The translations under genes and the position numbers were made by a program. A model generated the notes under the pieces. It saw only the letters and a program-made list of their open reading frames with translations, did no database searches and had not been told where the DNA came from. From Felis catus (Eukaryota): a stretch of DNA of 64,000 nt. The stretch is from contig NC_058382.1 in assembly GCF_018350175.1 (NCBI RefSeq), positions 61,878,001 to 61,942,000 on the forward strand, given 5' to 3'. Of this stretch, positions 34,365 through 49,242 are shown in pieces (position 1 is the first letter of the stretch; the number at the start of each line of letters is the position of its first letter).

Positions 34365-37300
34365 CTGAATATTGCGGGCTTTTTTAGTTCCATACAAATT
34401 TTAGGACTGTTGTCGTTCTGTGAAAACTGCTTCGGTAATTTGATGGAAATTCCATTAATTCTGTCAATTGCTTTGGGAAGTATAGACATTTTCACTATAT
34501 TTGTACTTCTGATCCATGAGTGCGGAATGTCCTTCCATTTCTTTGTGTCATCTTGAATTTCTTTCATCACTGTTTTATACTTTTCTGAGTATAGGTCGCT
34601 CACCACTTTGGTTAGATTTATTCATAGATATCTTATTTTTGGCATATGACTGTAGATGGGACTGTTTTCTTAATGTCTCTTTCTACTGCTTCCATATTGT
34701 CTACAAATGCAACAGATTTCTGTACAATGACGTTGTATCCTGTGACATTGCTGAATTCATTTATCAGTTCTAAGAGTTATTGGGTGGACTCTTTAGGGTT
34801 TTCTATATATAGTGTCATGTAGTCTGCAAATCGTTTTGTTTCGTTTGTCTGCTGGATGTGGCTAGGACTTCCAGTAATTTGTTTACTAAAAGTGGTATGA
34901 GTAAACATCCTTGTCTTCTTCCTGACCTTACAGGAAAAGCACTCAGATTTTCCCCATTAAGGTTGATTATAACTGCAGGGTTTTTATAGTTAACCTTTAT
35001 GACGTTAATGTATGTTTCCTGTAAACCTACTTTAGGGGGTTACATGCATGAACGGATGTTGTACTTTGCAAATGTTCCTTTCTGCATGTATTGAAATGAC
35101 TGTATGGTTCTTTTCTTTTAACGTTTTTAATTTTGAGAGAGGCAGAGCGTGAGCAGGGGAGGGGCAGAGAGAGAGGGAGACATAGAATTCGAAGGAGGCT
35201 CTTGGATCTGAGCTTTCAGCACAGAGTCTGACGCGGGACATGAACTCAGGAATCATGAAGTCATGACCCGAGCTGATGTCAGAGTGTTAAAGGATGAGCC
35301 ACCCAGATGCCCCGATCATCTGGTTCTTATCCTTTCTCCTGTTGATGTATTGTATCACATTGATTGATTTGCGAATATTGAACCACCTTTGTAGCTTGGG
35401 AATAAATCCCACTCAATTGTGGGATATATTTACAGTTGTTATATCTTCTTTTTGGATTGTACCATTTACTGTTATAGACTGTCCTCCTCTGTCTCTTGTT
35501 ATGTACTTTTTTAAGTGTATTTTTTTTCTGATACAAGTATTGTTACTCCGGCTTTCTTTTGACATTCATTTGTGTGATGTTTCTCGATCCTCACTATCAT
35601 TCTTGAGGTGTAAAGTGGGTCTCTTGTAGGCATCTGAATCTGTTTTGTTTTTTCATCCATTCTTACTCCCTACCTCTCTAGATTGGAGCATTCACTCCAT
35701 TTCCCTCAAAATTGATTGATATGTATATACGTATTGCCATTTTATCGCCTGTTTTGTTGTGGTTTCTAATGATTTTCTCTGATCCTTTCTTGCCTTTCTT
35801 TCATGTATTGCTTATTTTCTTTAGTGATATATTTTGATTTCCTTATCTCTATTCTTCGCATATGTATGACTGGTTTTAGGATATGGCTGCTGTTAGATGT
35901 TTATGTAACCTCTTCTGCATTTAGCAGTTTGTATTAAGTTGATGGTCATTTACCTTTGAACCCATTACTTTCTCCTCCCTAGGTTTTTGGTAGATGTTAT
36001 TATAGTTCAAATCCATTTCTCTGATTTCTTTAATAGATTTTTTTCCAGAAATGTTCATTTTTTACTTGAATTGTGTCTTCTACCTCTATACTGTCACTGT
36101 TGGTCTCTCCTTTCCATTCAAAGAATCCCTCTTAATATTTCTTGCAGGACTGGTTTAGTGGTACAAACTCCTTTAGTTTTTGTTTGGGAAAGTCTGTGTC
36201 TCCTTCATCCTGAAAGATAGCCTTGCTGAATAGAGTATTCTTGGCCGCTGATTTTTCCATTCAGCACTTTGAATATGTGATGTCACTCACTTCTGGCTTG
36301 CCAAGTTTCTGTTCAGAAATATGTAGCTAGCCTCATGGGTCTTCCCTTGTAAGTTAAGGACTGTTTTGCTGCTTTTACGAGTTTTTCTTTATTCTCACCC
36401 TAATTTAAGTTTGTTTACAGTAGGTTTGTGTGTTGGCCTGATTTTGATGGGAGTTCTCTAGTCTCCTGGATGTGGATGTTTGTGTCCCTCCCCCAATTAG
36501 GGAAGTTTTCAGCTATTGTTTCCTCAAATAAATTTTCTTCCCCCTTTTCTCTTCCTTCTGGACTCCTACAATACGAATACTATTATCTTTCCTGTAGTTA
36601 CTGAGTTCCCTTAGTCTCATCTCACGTTGCAGAATTCTGTTCTCTCTCTTTGGTTCAATGTGATTCATTTCCATCACTCAGTCTTCGAGGGCACTAGTTT
36701 GTTCGCCTGCTTCTTCCATCCCTCTGTTCATTCCAGCAAGCATGTTTCTCCTTTATTGTGTCCTCAATGTCTACTGTGTTATTTCTTATCTCTATGTCAG
36801 GGGTCTCACTCTTCTACTCATTTCACAACTCCAGTGAGTATCCTTATGATAATTCCTTTAAATTCTGTATCAGGTATGTTACTTATATCTCTTTGGCTTA
36901 GATCTCTGGCTGTGGCTTTGACTAGGTCTTTCATTGTAGATAAACATCTCTGTGTGTCCATTTTGTCTGTCTCTCTGGCTCTATTTCTCTGTGTTAAGAA
37001 AGTCGCTGTGCCTTTTGATCTTGAAATTAACGACAGTATGAAAAAGAGGTCCTGGAGTCCTCAGCAGTGCACGTCTCCATTTATAGGCCCTGGACCTTCA
37101 GGAGGATAGCGTATGGGTATTGCTCACTCCCTGCTGTTGTGTCTGGGTTACTTTTCCTTTCAGTGCAGGGGTCTGCACTGATTGCGTGTCTGTTGTGGGC
37201 TCTGCTTGCTCTCAGTGGTGTCAGTGGGACCCAGGCAGGCCAGCTGAGTCAAGAATCAGCATGAATACATGTGTCTCCTGTGGCCTAAGCATTGTGTGAA

Positions 37301-37680
37301 ATGCCATGTTTACGTTGCGTCTCTACACAGGCAGGGACGTGGCTATCACTCATCCTTCTGGATCACCCGGTGCTGGGTCGGCTGACCTCCAAAGCACCAG
37401 GATGTAAACTCAAGGGAATTCAGCCCCTCTGGGTTTTAATGCCAAATGTTATGGAGGTTAGTCTTCCCTGTGTCAGCTCCCCTGTGTGAGGGCTCACTTT
37501 CTCTGCTCCTTCTGCAGGCAGCCAGCCTCCAACTTTCTGACCTTCCTAACCTTCCTGCTGCAGCTTCTACTTAGGTGTGGAGTTTGTTGTGCCAGTCTTG
37601 GATCCCTCGCTGGTTCATGGACTTGGATGTGGATGTTATGCAGTTGAAAACATGGGACAGCGTGAGCTCAGGGTCTGCTA
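34365..37680 (-). mobile_element. Old, internally deleted L1 (ORF2 pieces, ORF1, 5' region)
   Basis: ORF MVSDLYSEKYKTVMKEIQDDTKKWKDIPHSWI..MSILPKAI. ORF1-like sequence at ~36120-36900 (aattagggaagttttcagctattg). Confidence 0.8.
35110..35312 (-). mobile_element. Carnivore SINE inside L1
   Basis: ggggcatctgggtggctca head on minus; TSD-like tggttctt flanks at ~35105 and ~35321. Confidence 0.85.
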
Positions 37681-38399
37681 TTATTAATTTTTTAAGTGTA
37701 TTATTTTGGATTTTTGAGACATGGGCAGACTCATCTCACCCATGCACTTCAGGATTAGAAAGGAACGTTCCCACATTTGCTTCTAGTATTTTGTGCTTTG
37801 AAACTCTCTTTAATGAGGTATAATTTACATCTAACAAAGAGCCTCAAATTAAAGGGTATAATTTGATGAGACTTGTTCTCATGGATACAGCACCATGAAG
37901 TCATATGGTTGCTCTCTAAAACTTAATCATGATCCCTTTGTGTCTAGCGCTAATGTTGCTTTTGGAGTAAGGACTTTTTTTTTTTTTTTATGTTTTCAGA
38001 TATCGGCCAGGTGTCTGAAGAGCTGCACTAGGGTACCTACCTCCTTTTCGGATAGACTGTATTCCCGTAAGTATTGCTGTCAATCTACCTTTGGACTTTA
38101 TCCTGTGTTGTATCTTTCAGTCTGTTCACTTAATTTTGTTGGAGTACTTTAATGCTGAGGGATGCATAGTTGGATTGATTTTCACTAAATGGTACGAGCT
38201 GCAGTTCCAATCATGACAGAAAGCACGTGCTTCCTGTGTTAGGTCCTCAAGAGTAAGGCAGATACCCTGGGCACTTGAGCTGAGTATGTCACTCTGTCTT
38301 TTTGCCAGCCCTCTTCCCTTCCCTGGGAGACAAGGGTCTCGTTTTGGTCACACAGAAATGTAGGTGAAGTCAGCAGAGAAGGGTCCCTTCTCTTCTCTT

Positions 38400-41300
38400 C
38401 CATTTGTCTCTCAAACTCCCTGTCACTACCTTCTGCCAGTCCCTTTCCCTGACTCAATCCCCCAGGCCTACTCCTCCACTTTAGCCATGATCAGGGTGTC
38501 CTCCAGCTGCTGGCCTCTGTTCTGGCCATCGCTCAGTGAGGAAACTACAGCAGGATTATGTAGTTCATGGGTTTGATCAAGAAATCTCTGCTCCTCAGAG
38601 TCCTCCTACAAGTGGTGCTGTCTGTGGAGACCTGGCATTCTGGGCATGGGTCTGACCCTCACTCCTCTACCACAGTCACTGCTGGTCCCTCATCCTTCTC
38701 CACCATTAGAACTCAGCCATTTCCTAAGGACAGATACCTATCTGACCCCAAGGCACCATGGAGTCAGGGAATATTTCCAAAATAATTGAGCATAAGCACC
38801 CCATCAATCTAGATATAGGTAGTTCCCATCGCCCCGGAAAACTCCCTCAGGCTCCCCTGCACAAAGGGTGATCTTGCTTCTATCCTCTCTCACCACCATT
38901 TCTGGCACTTTGTTTCCTGTGTGTACAGGAACCCCACTGTGTGCACTCAATGGGGAGAGAGAGTAGATAGCCCTAGAAGCAGACGCTGACACAGAGACAA
39001 AACGATGAAACGTAGATTAGGGGACAGTAGGAAGGACAAAGTGGAGGGGACAGGATGGGCAGGGAAAGCATTCAGGTAGATCTGACACCTTCTGAAAATG
39101 TATATGCAAACACGATTGTCTGTCACCGTGCACAGTCCTCTTCAATTTCAAAAGAGTTGTCCTATAAGGCAAAGAGATTTTGGTTTATTTCCCTGTGGTC
39201 TTATGTTTTCCTACATGCATTCTGTGTTCTGTAGTTTATCTGTGGCCTCAGATGAACACTGTAGTGTGTGGCTGCATCTGTGAGATTATGTGTAATAGAA
39301 AATGATTGTCTTCAGATCTAGGTCTCTGAATGTACACATTCTCATAATTATCTTTTGTTTCATTGTGTGGCAGGGCCCGAATTCTAATAGAAAAACGAGG
39401 GACATTGTCTTATTTTTTAAAACAGTGATTCCCACTCCCTGGGCTGAGTTGTTAACAGTCTTAGTTTAATGAACTCCCGTGACCATCTTTTTTGGAGGAT
39501 CATTGTGTGGAGAGATCTTAATGGAAACTGTGAGAAGTGTGAGGGGACCCTTCCCGGAGATTTTGCAGACGCTTTATGCACTGAATGTCTTCTTTTTCTC
39601 TTGTTCTTAGAAACAAATATTACCTCTGTTTTCCCAGATAACACAGCTGTCATAATATTGTGAGAGAAGTTTGAGGAGATGCAAAGCTGTAGTCAGGGTG
39701 ATGACAGGGGTCCAGCAGTGGTGGCATCTGGCCAGCCCTGAATTGTAGGATGACTCAGCTGATCTAGACCCTGTCTCCACTTTTAGTCTCTTGAGGGATA
39801 TGAACTTGGGCATACAGTATTTTCATAAGACCAAGTTAAAATCCCCATATCTCCAGGGCTCTTTTCACCCCACAAATATCCAGAACCTTCAGGAAAATCC
39901 AGGGAGACGAGAATCTTTATAGGTGATTACCTGCGTGCACTTTGCACTGAGAGCAATCCCACATAGCAGTTCTGTATGGACCTCACACTCCCTGCTCAGG
40001 CTGTGGCCGGAAAGACCTCCAACTGCATCTCCCTGACCGCAACACCCTCCCCTCTGCATCTCCTCAAACTCTGCTTAGTGTGCTCAACTTCCCTTCTATT
40101 CCTGTATGATTCAAGGCTCCCCTGGTTTTGCCCTGGATCCTCACTGGTGTTTCCATGTTGGTGATCACAAGTAATGAATGTCCCTCTATCACACAGGACA
40201 CCTGATGCTCTAAAAGTTAGGGGTGCACTTCATTCATTACAGAACCCAACACATTGTGTCTCCAACATACCCACCAGTACTGCTGATACGTCTACTTTTG
40301 TGTAAAAACTCCTCTTTCATTTGACAAGAGAAACGTATAGCTCACTGTATTACAGGGACATGCCACTGCCCATTGTATGTATGTCCTGAGAAACTTGAGA
40401 TATGCTACAGTGTCCTCAGGCAGTTTGTAGTTGGATTGCCAAGACTCACAGCCATCTCTACATCATTGCCACCAAGTCAATCATGAAGAAGATGAATATA
40501 CTTTACCAGCCACTCAGCCAGTTCAGGTCATCTTAACAAATAGAGTAAGTGGAGGAGGGGATGTGGCCTATAGCCCATGACTGGTGGTGAAGGGTGGTCC
40601 GCGGGGCACAGCCTGCAAGGCAATCCTGGGAAAGGACCAGGACTCTTGCATACAAAATAGCCTGCGGAAAAGAAATGAGAGGTATGTTCATAGGACAGAA
40701 CAGAGCACCAACACCAGCAAAAAGCAGAAACCCAAAGCAGCAGTGCTCATATCCTACTAGCTTCCCCACCACCAGGCTCCAAGAGGGCAACATCAGCGCC
40801 AAAATCTCTACCCATACTTTGGGTTCCACTTACAGCCTTGGGGTGGGGAATGGATGTGATTGGGATAAACTAGTGTCCCCACATGTCTGGAAACGTAGAA
40901 ACGGCAAGGGCCCTTTTCCTAGAAGATTTATAGGCTGAATACTAAATTAACACAGTAGCATATCCCAGATAGGAAAGCAACTTTGTCCAGGATCACACTC
41001 CACCCTCCACCCCAGAGGCTGTTTATTGTGTCTGTGGAGAACTACAGAATGAGAAGGAATGACAATGCCAGTGTCCACACATGGAATCCTACCCTCGTGG
41101 CTCAGAGCTCTGCCTCTAAGCCCCTGCCTGTGCCCAAACTACTTCTGTCCCGACAATGGGGTCTCCTCCTCTCTGGAAGTGCTATCCATGGACACAGAGA
41201 CACATGGGGAGATGGGGATCCTGAGGGCCTGCAGAGGACCTGGGAAAGCATGCTCTTAGAGAAACGGGTAACCTATACCTGTTAGTTGGGTTCAGCTAAG

Positions 41301-44300
41301 TTATTTTACTTCGGAGGTACTTCTCAGCTTAAGTGCAGTACACTTTGCAGGGTAATTGTGTCCTCTGGAAAAATGAGCTGAAATTCTAAAAGACAAAGTT
41401 AACACAAATGCACTTTGATGTCTGCTGTAAGTTTCCATGTTTTAGCTGTACCTGTGACACAGGACACGAGAGAACGTGCTCATGTGAACACAAGTGAAGG
41501 ACACCGTGGGGACTTGCCACACAGGTAATTTTGGATTTTTTTCTCTTCACAACTGAAGTTTCAGTGCATGTTTTCTATCACAAACATGCCACCTCTTATA
41601 GTTCAGAGTGTGATTCTGGACAGCATGTTTACCCACATGCTGATGGGTATGAAATTTACATTCTAAAGGACACATACAAAAATGTAAGTTGGAGTGAAGG
41701 CAGTTCGCATTTTCAAATTTTAACGATGCCCACAGATTTTTCTGAGCACGTTAAAATCCTCAATAGAAGGAAACAGGAGAGGCAGACACAGCAAGAGCAA
41801 TGATTCCACAATGAGGAGATCCACAAAGAATGAGGCAAGGTAGGAGACTTCCAAGTGGAATGTGGTGTCATCCTCCTTGATTTATTCCAGGAACACATTA
41901 GAAAAGCCCTATGGTCCCTACCTTGAGGCACTCTTAGCTGCTCAAGTTACCACAAACAGATGCCAGCTGGGAAACAGGGAAGCCCGTAGACTCGGCAGTA
42001 AAGGTTTTGCATTTGGGGAAAAAAAACCAACAAAAACACCAGACAGACCATACGACACACAAACCAGAGACAATGGCAGGAGAGTGTCCTGTACAGAAAG
42101 ATGTGGCGGTCCGTAAAGACTTAGAACTGAAAATCGCCACAGCATTTACTTTGTGCTTCTTGGCAGTTTTGGCAGAGTCAGTGTCGATGTCACTCTTGGT
42201 TGTGACACCTACTTCTGGACCTGCAAAAAGCCCTAGAAGGGATGGAGGTTTATTCTGACTTGAGTAGACTGTTTGGAGGTCAAAAACAAAACAAAAAACC
42301 CTCCCCTCATACTTCCGACAACTTAAACTCTTTGTCCCAGTGTGATCCCAAATTACATGCACAGGGTGTCCCACATGCCTCCGGTGATCCCCAAGAAGAA
42401 CTTGAAGAACCATCCCTTATAACTTGATGAAGACTCCTAAAAGCCCTGACTCAGATGTATTCATCACTCATCGAACAACTATGGATGGCTGGGGGCACAA
42501 CTAGATGGACATACGTTACTCACAGATCCCAGCACGTGGACTGTGTACAGGGCATTTCTGCTGAAGCGCTATGTCTGATTTTCTGCATACGGCCCCTTGC
42601 ATCACAATGGTCTGTGGTACCGCTTCTGCACCTTGGCCCAAGACCTAACAGCAACAAAAATAAGGTGAGTGTGTTTTAAAAGTCAACTCCTAGTGCTCAG
42701 ATCGTCTTACCAAGTGTTGCAGGTGGAGGGGTTTCGGGTGGCCCCAGGGCTGCCAAGGTTCAGGAGGTGTATGTGCCTAATAGTCCATGGGGGTGGGGCG
42801 TCTCCAGGGTAGGGCATGCAGAATCGTCCAGTTAACGGAGGAGGTCCCCAGGATCCAGACTGCCCTGCAGAACAGAAGTGAAGCTACATCCATATTCCAG
42901 ACAAGAGAACCAATACCAAAAGCAGCTGTAACCCAGAGAAGAGTGTGTCAGCACCTGCCACCTTCTCTGCCACCAGGATCCAAGAGAATAGCATCAGTAC
43001 CTGAAAACTCTGTCCCTGCCACTGGATACCACCTACAGCTTGGGGTAGTAGATGCAAGAGGTTAACCTACTCCCACCACACATCACTGCCCATGTCTGCG
43101 GAAGTAAAATGGCAAGGGTCCTGTCCTAGAGGGTTAACAGAAGTAATTACAGACTAATGAAGTAGCATTCTCCAGACAGGCAGCCATCCATGTCCAGGTT
43201 CACCCTGCATCCCTCCTCTACAGCGACTCCAGATGCTCTGCTTTTGCTATATTAAGAACACAAAAAAATGAGTGGGAATACACGGCTCATATTCCGCTCA
43301 TGGAATCACAGCCACTCCTGGCAAAAGGTTCTGCAGCCGGACCCTCACTGTGCCTCCTCTGCTCTTCTCCCTGAGAAAGGAGTCTTCCCTCTGGAAGTGT
43401 TGTCAAAGGCCTCAGAGACCTCTGGGGAGTGGAGGATGCCTGGAATCTTGCAGGGGAAGGAGAGTCTTCTGTGAAGAACAAGTTCCTTGTGGTGAATGTC
43501 TACAAAGCTCAGATGTGTTCATCTTAATTCATAGGGAATTCTGACGTTAAGCATACTACAGGACACAGAGTCATTATGTGCAATGGAAAAAAAGAGGGAG
43601 AAACTCACATAACAGATTTCATGCAAGTGTTTGGGTATAAAACTGGTATGTATCATGAGACTATATCAGCTCTAACAGTGACGGGACAAAACCAGAAACT
43701 GCTCATAGAAACACAATTGAAGGACACAGTGTGCAAATTGTATTTACCTAAGGCATAGCTGGAGGATTCCAGACAAGTCATTTACGGACAGGTGATGAGT
43801 GATGATATTGGCTTTCTCTGTGACCACTCTAAATGGCACAGGGCACATAATAGAAAGTTGGAGTCATGATGTCGTTTCTAACAGGTTCATCTCCTAGCCA
43901 GAATCAAGAAAGGAAGACACAGCAGCCACACTGTTCCCACAGAGGTGAGGTCTGGAAAGGATCACCCAGGCCGGGAGACATCTGTTTGGAGTGTGCAGTC
44001 ATCCTCCTCTCATTATTTCCTGAACCTCACGGAAAAACCTTAAGGTACTCAGTCTCTAAGCGCTTTTGGCTTCTAAACTTACCACAGAAAGCTGACAGAC
44101 TAAAAATTGAGAAGCCTGTGGGCTCCTGGGTTATGAGTGTGCATTTGGAAAAGAAAGAACAGACAGACATAGCACACAACATGCAAAACGAGACAAGGCC
44201 GGGAGAGCATACTGTACATAAAGATGAGGGTTTCCCAAAAGAGTTACAGCTGATAATGGTCCCGGCATTTACCTTGCCCTTGTCTGCATTCTTGGTACAG

Positions 44301-44600
44301 TCAGAGCCGCTGTAACCCACAGAGGTTTCAGCAGTTTCTCGATCTACTAAAGACCCTAGAAGGGACAGAGGTTTATTCTGCTTTAGAGAACAGTGCGGAA
44401 TGAAAACAATCCCTTAACTCATTCCTCAAATATCTTAAACTTTTCCCTACAGTCAGGTCCCTGACCAGAGGCAGAGGGTATCCCACATGCCTCAGGTGAC
44501 CCCCAAAGATAAAGGGGAGAACCGTCCCCTCACCTTGATAAAGACCTCACGGTGCCCTAGTTCATGTTGTTTCATAATTAATCACATAACTGTGGACAGG
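38400..44600 (-). repeat. Unidentified low-copy repeat, copy B (inverted; internal ~2.2 kb duplication)
   Basis: tgtcctgagaaacttg at ~40382 is the reverse complement of the shared motif. 40780-42460 is repeated at ~42990-44560. Boundaries are approximate. Confidence 0.7.
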
Positions 44601-44698
44601 TCAGGCGCAACTAGCAATTTAGAATTCACCAGTAAAACAGTTTTCTCAGTATACATCATGGGAAATCACGATTTCATTACAGATCAGGAATTAGTCTG

Positions 44699-44858
44699 AG
44701 GATGCTTGGATTCAGCATCCGACTCTTAATTTTGGCTCAGGTCACGATCTCACAGCTTGTGAATTCAAGCCCAGCGTTGGGTTCCTCACTGACAGTGTGA
44801 CGCCTGCTTGGCATTCTGTCTATGCGTCTCTCAAAATAAATAAACTTAACAAAAAAGA
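44699..44858 (+). mobile_element. Degenerate carnivore SINE
   Basis: gggatgcttgg..cgactcttaattttggctcaggtcacgatctcac..ctctcaaaataaataaac. Confidence 0.8.
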
Positions 44859-46715
44859 ATAACATTGAGAACACTGGTTTGGTGTATAGCCTCAATGAGT
44901 CCTCAAGAAGGGTGCATTTCTTCAGGCAAATTGTTCAATCTCCCAGCTTATCTACAAGCTGCCTTCCACATGAGAGCAGTTAGTATATAAGGAAAGACTA
45001 ATTTGACACTATTGAGAAAAGGAAAACTGTCAGAAGTTAGCAGTGAAGCTGCAGAGTTGCACTGATACCATCAGAGGACTAAGCTAAGCTTTATGGAACT
45101 TGAATGGAGGGATGTAGGGCTACAGTTCCCAAAACAAACAAAAAGAAAGACTTTTCAAACTAGTGAATAAATGACCTTCTCCTCAAATAAACTAAAGTCT
45201 TCACATTGTGTCCGGGTGGGAAGAAAGTTTCCAGGCTCTTCAGACAGGGGGATGCTAGAGGAGGTGGGAGGGTCACCGTCAGAGGAGGGGCATGAGCTCC
45301 ACCAGTCACAGGGACAAGTGCCTCACTGTCTGCGGCACCAGAGGAGAACACCCTTCTGTCACCCCTTCAGACCACCTGCCGTCCTTAGTGCGTGTGATTC
45401 TTTCCAGACCACACAGGAACAGGCTGCACAGCAGAAATTGGACTGCAGCACATCACAACGTGCTCCTTACCTCGCCTTGGAGGGTTCTTGCAGTGATTGG
45501 TTTCTGCCTCGTGTATCCCTCAGGCAGCCTCTTTGGTTCCATCCCCGTCCAGTCTTGGATACAGAAAAATAATGGACTTCTATAAGAGTTGCAACACCAC
45601 GTCGTCTACTAGACAACTAACAGTGCAGGCGTCATCCCTGGAAACACCCATAAAAACGCAAGTCAAATGACCACACCTGTATTTCAAGTAAGCGACCTCC
45701 CTGCCCTGCTCCGCCATCTCCCTGTCCCAGATCTGAGTCTTGATCTGGGGGAGAAAAAACACATCCACCTTCAGTCGGAAGGTGGTGCCACACTGTGCAC
45801 CAAAGAAAGAGGAGGAAACAAGAAAACACTTACCTAGTTGTCCTGAGCATTCTTCTCGTGAACTGCAAGCGGAAAAAGCCAACAAGGAAAAGCCCGTGGT
45901 TAGGGATTCCAAGGGCCACTACACTCACCCGCGTGAGGTGCTAAGGGTTCAGTATGTCAGGCAGAACTCAGGTTACCTGGTATCTAAAGGTGAGCTCTGC
46001 CTGCTGCAGCTGTTCCCGTGTTTGTTCAATTTGTTGCCTGTGAGTTACAATTGCTCTTGTCAGATAAGGCCCAATATTGGGTATGATTTTAAATAAGCTG
46101 CCCACGTTCCCACCAACCTCATATCTGTCCCCTGATACAATTTATTCTTACACATGAAACACTTTGCCCATGATTATCAATGTACAGTAGGATCAAAGCT
46201 ATTGTCACATCCTTTCCTTACTCATTATCCCATGCCTGTAGGGTTCAGAGTTCATAGAATTCCTTCCCATTTTCAATCTTTCTCTAACTCATCATGTGAC
46301 AAGTGTCTTTTATCATAAAGATCTATTCTTCTATAACTTATATCCTCACCATGTTTCCCAGGGTTGCAAAGACGAGGGCCATGAAATGGCACTACCACGT
46401 TGATGGGTATGATTCATTGTACGACACACTGCTTTCCTACAGATGATGACAATTGACACCACCCCCGAGGAATGTTAGCATGGACAAAGTTTCCACACAG
46501 TCTGGTCACTACTTGAGATCTGCAAATGTTTAGAAACTTAATTATTTTATTCTTTCTAAAACTTACCTTTTTTATCTGTTAATACTCTATGCATATGTTG
46601 ACTTTAAACTTTTCAAAAAGATTAAAAACCAAAAAATGAACAGCGGTTTCATGAGCTCCTGGTAATTACTAGCTGAACTCACTTGTACTTGTTTATTTCT
46701 TCTGTAGCTATTTTC

Positions 46716-46932
46716 TTTTTTTTCCCTAATGTCTATTTATTTTTGAGACAGAGAGAGAGAGAGCACATGCATGAGCGGGGGAGGGACAGAGAGAGATGTA
46801 ACAGAATCTGAAACAGGCTCCAGGCTCTGGCCTGTCAGCACAGAGCCTGACACGGGGCTCGAACTCCCGGACTGTGAAATTATGACCTGAGCTGAAGTTG
46901 GACGCTTAAACGACTGAGCCACCCGGGCGCCC
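46716..46932 (-). mobile_element. Felid SINE inserted inside an MIA3-like exon
   Basis: Head GGGCGCCCGGGTGGCTCAGTCG; 17-bp TSD cttctgtagcta(t/c)tttc at 46699-46715 and 46933-46949. Confidence 0.93.
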
Positions 46933-49039
46933 CTTCTGTAGCTACTTTCAAATTTTACCTGCAGCTGCTAGCTGATTCTTCTTTGCCGCCAGTTCACAGT
47001 GTCATTTTCAGCTTCCTAAGATGGGAAAGTTACATACACAGTCAGGACCAAGGTCCAGAGGTTCTCCCTTTTTACCTCCCAGCACTCTTGAAGGCCTATG
47101 CAAATATCCCTTCCCCCACTTCTCCCATAAATGCACACACTGACAACCCAATCAGAGAAATGAAGTGAACACCCCATTTAAGTTCAAGAAAATTCAACTT
47201 CTGTCTGCTGCCACGTCTCTACTATTGGAACTGTCTTTCTAGTTCTCGTTTCCTCTCCTTTATCATAAAGTCATCAAATAACATTGTACTTTGTGCCTTC
47301 CCAGAGTTGGTCTTTTGTTTGATATGGCGAAGACTCATTTCATCAGTGAGTGAAAAACCGTATCTGACCAACTGTACCCATTAGGATGAATCAAGGGATC
47401 ATCACTAGTCTTACACCTCCATGGGGAGCCCTGATTCTCAGTCCAAAAGTTGTACCATGACACAGGCAATCACCTGAAAGACGACCTTCCAGAATATGGT
47501 TTCACTAACATTGCAGCTCACTCCCAGACATCGCTAGCGTTCAGGACTGCAACCCCTGCCTCCACCTTGAAAAGGCCAATCTTAGAACAACCTCATCTCC
47601 TGACGTACAACCTGATATGAACTGTCACACAGTCTGGGTTTACTTCCAGGAAAGAGATGTCAGGTGGAAAACTCTCAACTTCATGGAGCCAAATCTACTT
47701 TAACAAGACTCATTCCATTGATAGTGAAGGCAGCAGAAGGCAATGCTTGGCAAGGCTGGGTTGCTGTGTTGCCCTCAGACCATTTTCTTTGTGGTGTTGA
47801 CTGAGATGGTTTCAACTTGACACTTGATGTACTCAAGAATCACATGCAAAATTGAAAATCTCTTAGCAAATGACACAAAAGCACTAGACAGAGAAAGGCA
47901 CATGCATTTCCTTCTGGCCTCTCAGGCAGTCCTTGGGCAAATGCTTGCTGGAGTGGTTGTAATGTAGTGGCTCTGTTGTAAGGGGTTGAAGATAGAGAGG
48001 TGGTCAGGGTGCTGTACCCACTCACAGAAAGAGCTTACGAGTTAACAAAAACAAGATGCCAGTGAGACAGAGCAAGCCCTAACCCCAGCTGTGGGAAGGA
48101 CGAACATAAAGGTGAGTCTCCAGGGAAGAGAAGACTTCCCTTTCCAACACGAGTGAGGGACTCTAAAGTCCCCCATCTCCTCCTGAGAACAAAAGGAAAT
48201 ACTGTACAAAGGAGGAAACATGTGACTGAATGCACCAAGTATCTGACAACCCCACAAAGACACACAAGACCAAGATGGAGAAGAAGGAAGCCCAGGACAA
48301 AGCCAGCCTGGCAGTTGGACCCAAACTCCCTAGGACTCATCATTGATGTGGGGTGCATACACTTGAATGGCAAAGAAGCTGAACAACTTTATGGGCACAG
48401 ACTTAGAAGTAAAGAAGTGTACTTCAGGGGAGGCCAGCAAAGATGAGCCCTAGTGAAGCTGCGGGCTTTGGCCAAGACTCAGAAGAGTTACACTTGAAAA
48501 ATCAGGGGACAGGAAACGACTTTCTTAGGGATTGGGCCTGCAGTGAGCAATCTCACTGGCAGAATGGATGCAGGGATCCAGTACTGCTGGTACCCCTACC
48601 CACTTTCCAGAAAGCAACTTCCATTGTTTCTGCAGCAAGAGAATTCAATTTTTTCCCCACACATTTTTGACCCATGTCTGGTCCTGAACAAAAATGACCT
48701 AATTGCTGGGTGACAAAACAGTGTGATGCGATTGAAACCTATAGGACAGTGTAGGTGGATCCAGAGTGGATCCAGGTATTAACGTTATTAATGATGGCAC
48801 CTTCCCTCTGCCGCCCCCAAAACATGACACAATGTGTGGCAAGCACTTAGGAGAAAGGAAAATGCAGGTTACGTTACAGAAAGCGAGGTAGGAAGGGAAG
48901 GTCCAATTCTACTGAATGCATTGGGCAAAAATACTCTGGACCCAGTTCCAAAAGAAATACAATTATCTCTACTGGCTGCCATGTTCTCCCATACAATACG
49001 GTCCTTGTGACAGTTCTGACATGAACATCTTACTTTTCT

Positions 49040-49242
49040 AAATTTTTTTTAACGTTTATTCATTTTTTGATAGAGACAGAGTGCGAGTTGGGTAGGGCCA
49101 GAGGAAGATATAGAATCCAAAGCAAGCTCCAGGCTCTGAACTGTCAACACAGAGCCCGACATGGGGCTTGAACTTATGGACCGTGAGATCATAACCTGAG
49201 CCGAATTTGGACGTTCAACCGACTGAGCCACCCAAGCGCCCC
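49040..49242 (-). mobile_element. Felid SINE inserted at an MIA3-like splice donor
   Basis: Head GGGGCGCTTGGGTGGCTCAGTCGG; TSD catcttactttt at 49026-49037 and 49243-49254. Confidence 0.92.

Noticed and set aside
40329..40550. Candidate exon (acaag|...aataga|gtaagt) in low-copy repeat B
   Set aside because: The donor is not conserved in copies A or C, and no open frame is shared.
41020..42120. KRAB-A-like snippets (tggagaactacag; ctgtacagaaagatgtgg)
   Set aside because: Short, out of order, about 1 kb apart, and no zinc-finger exon in the window.
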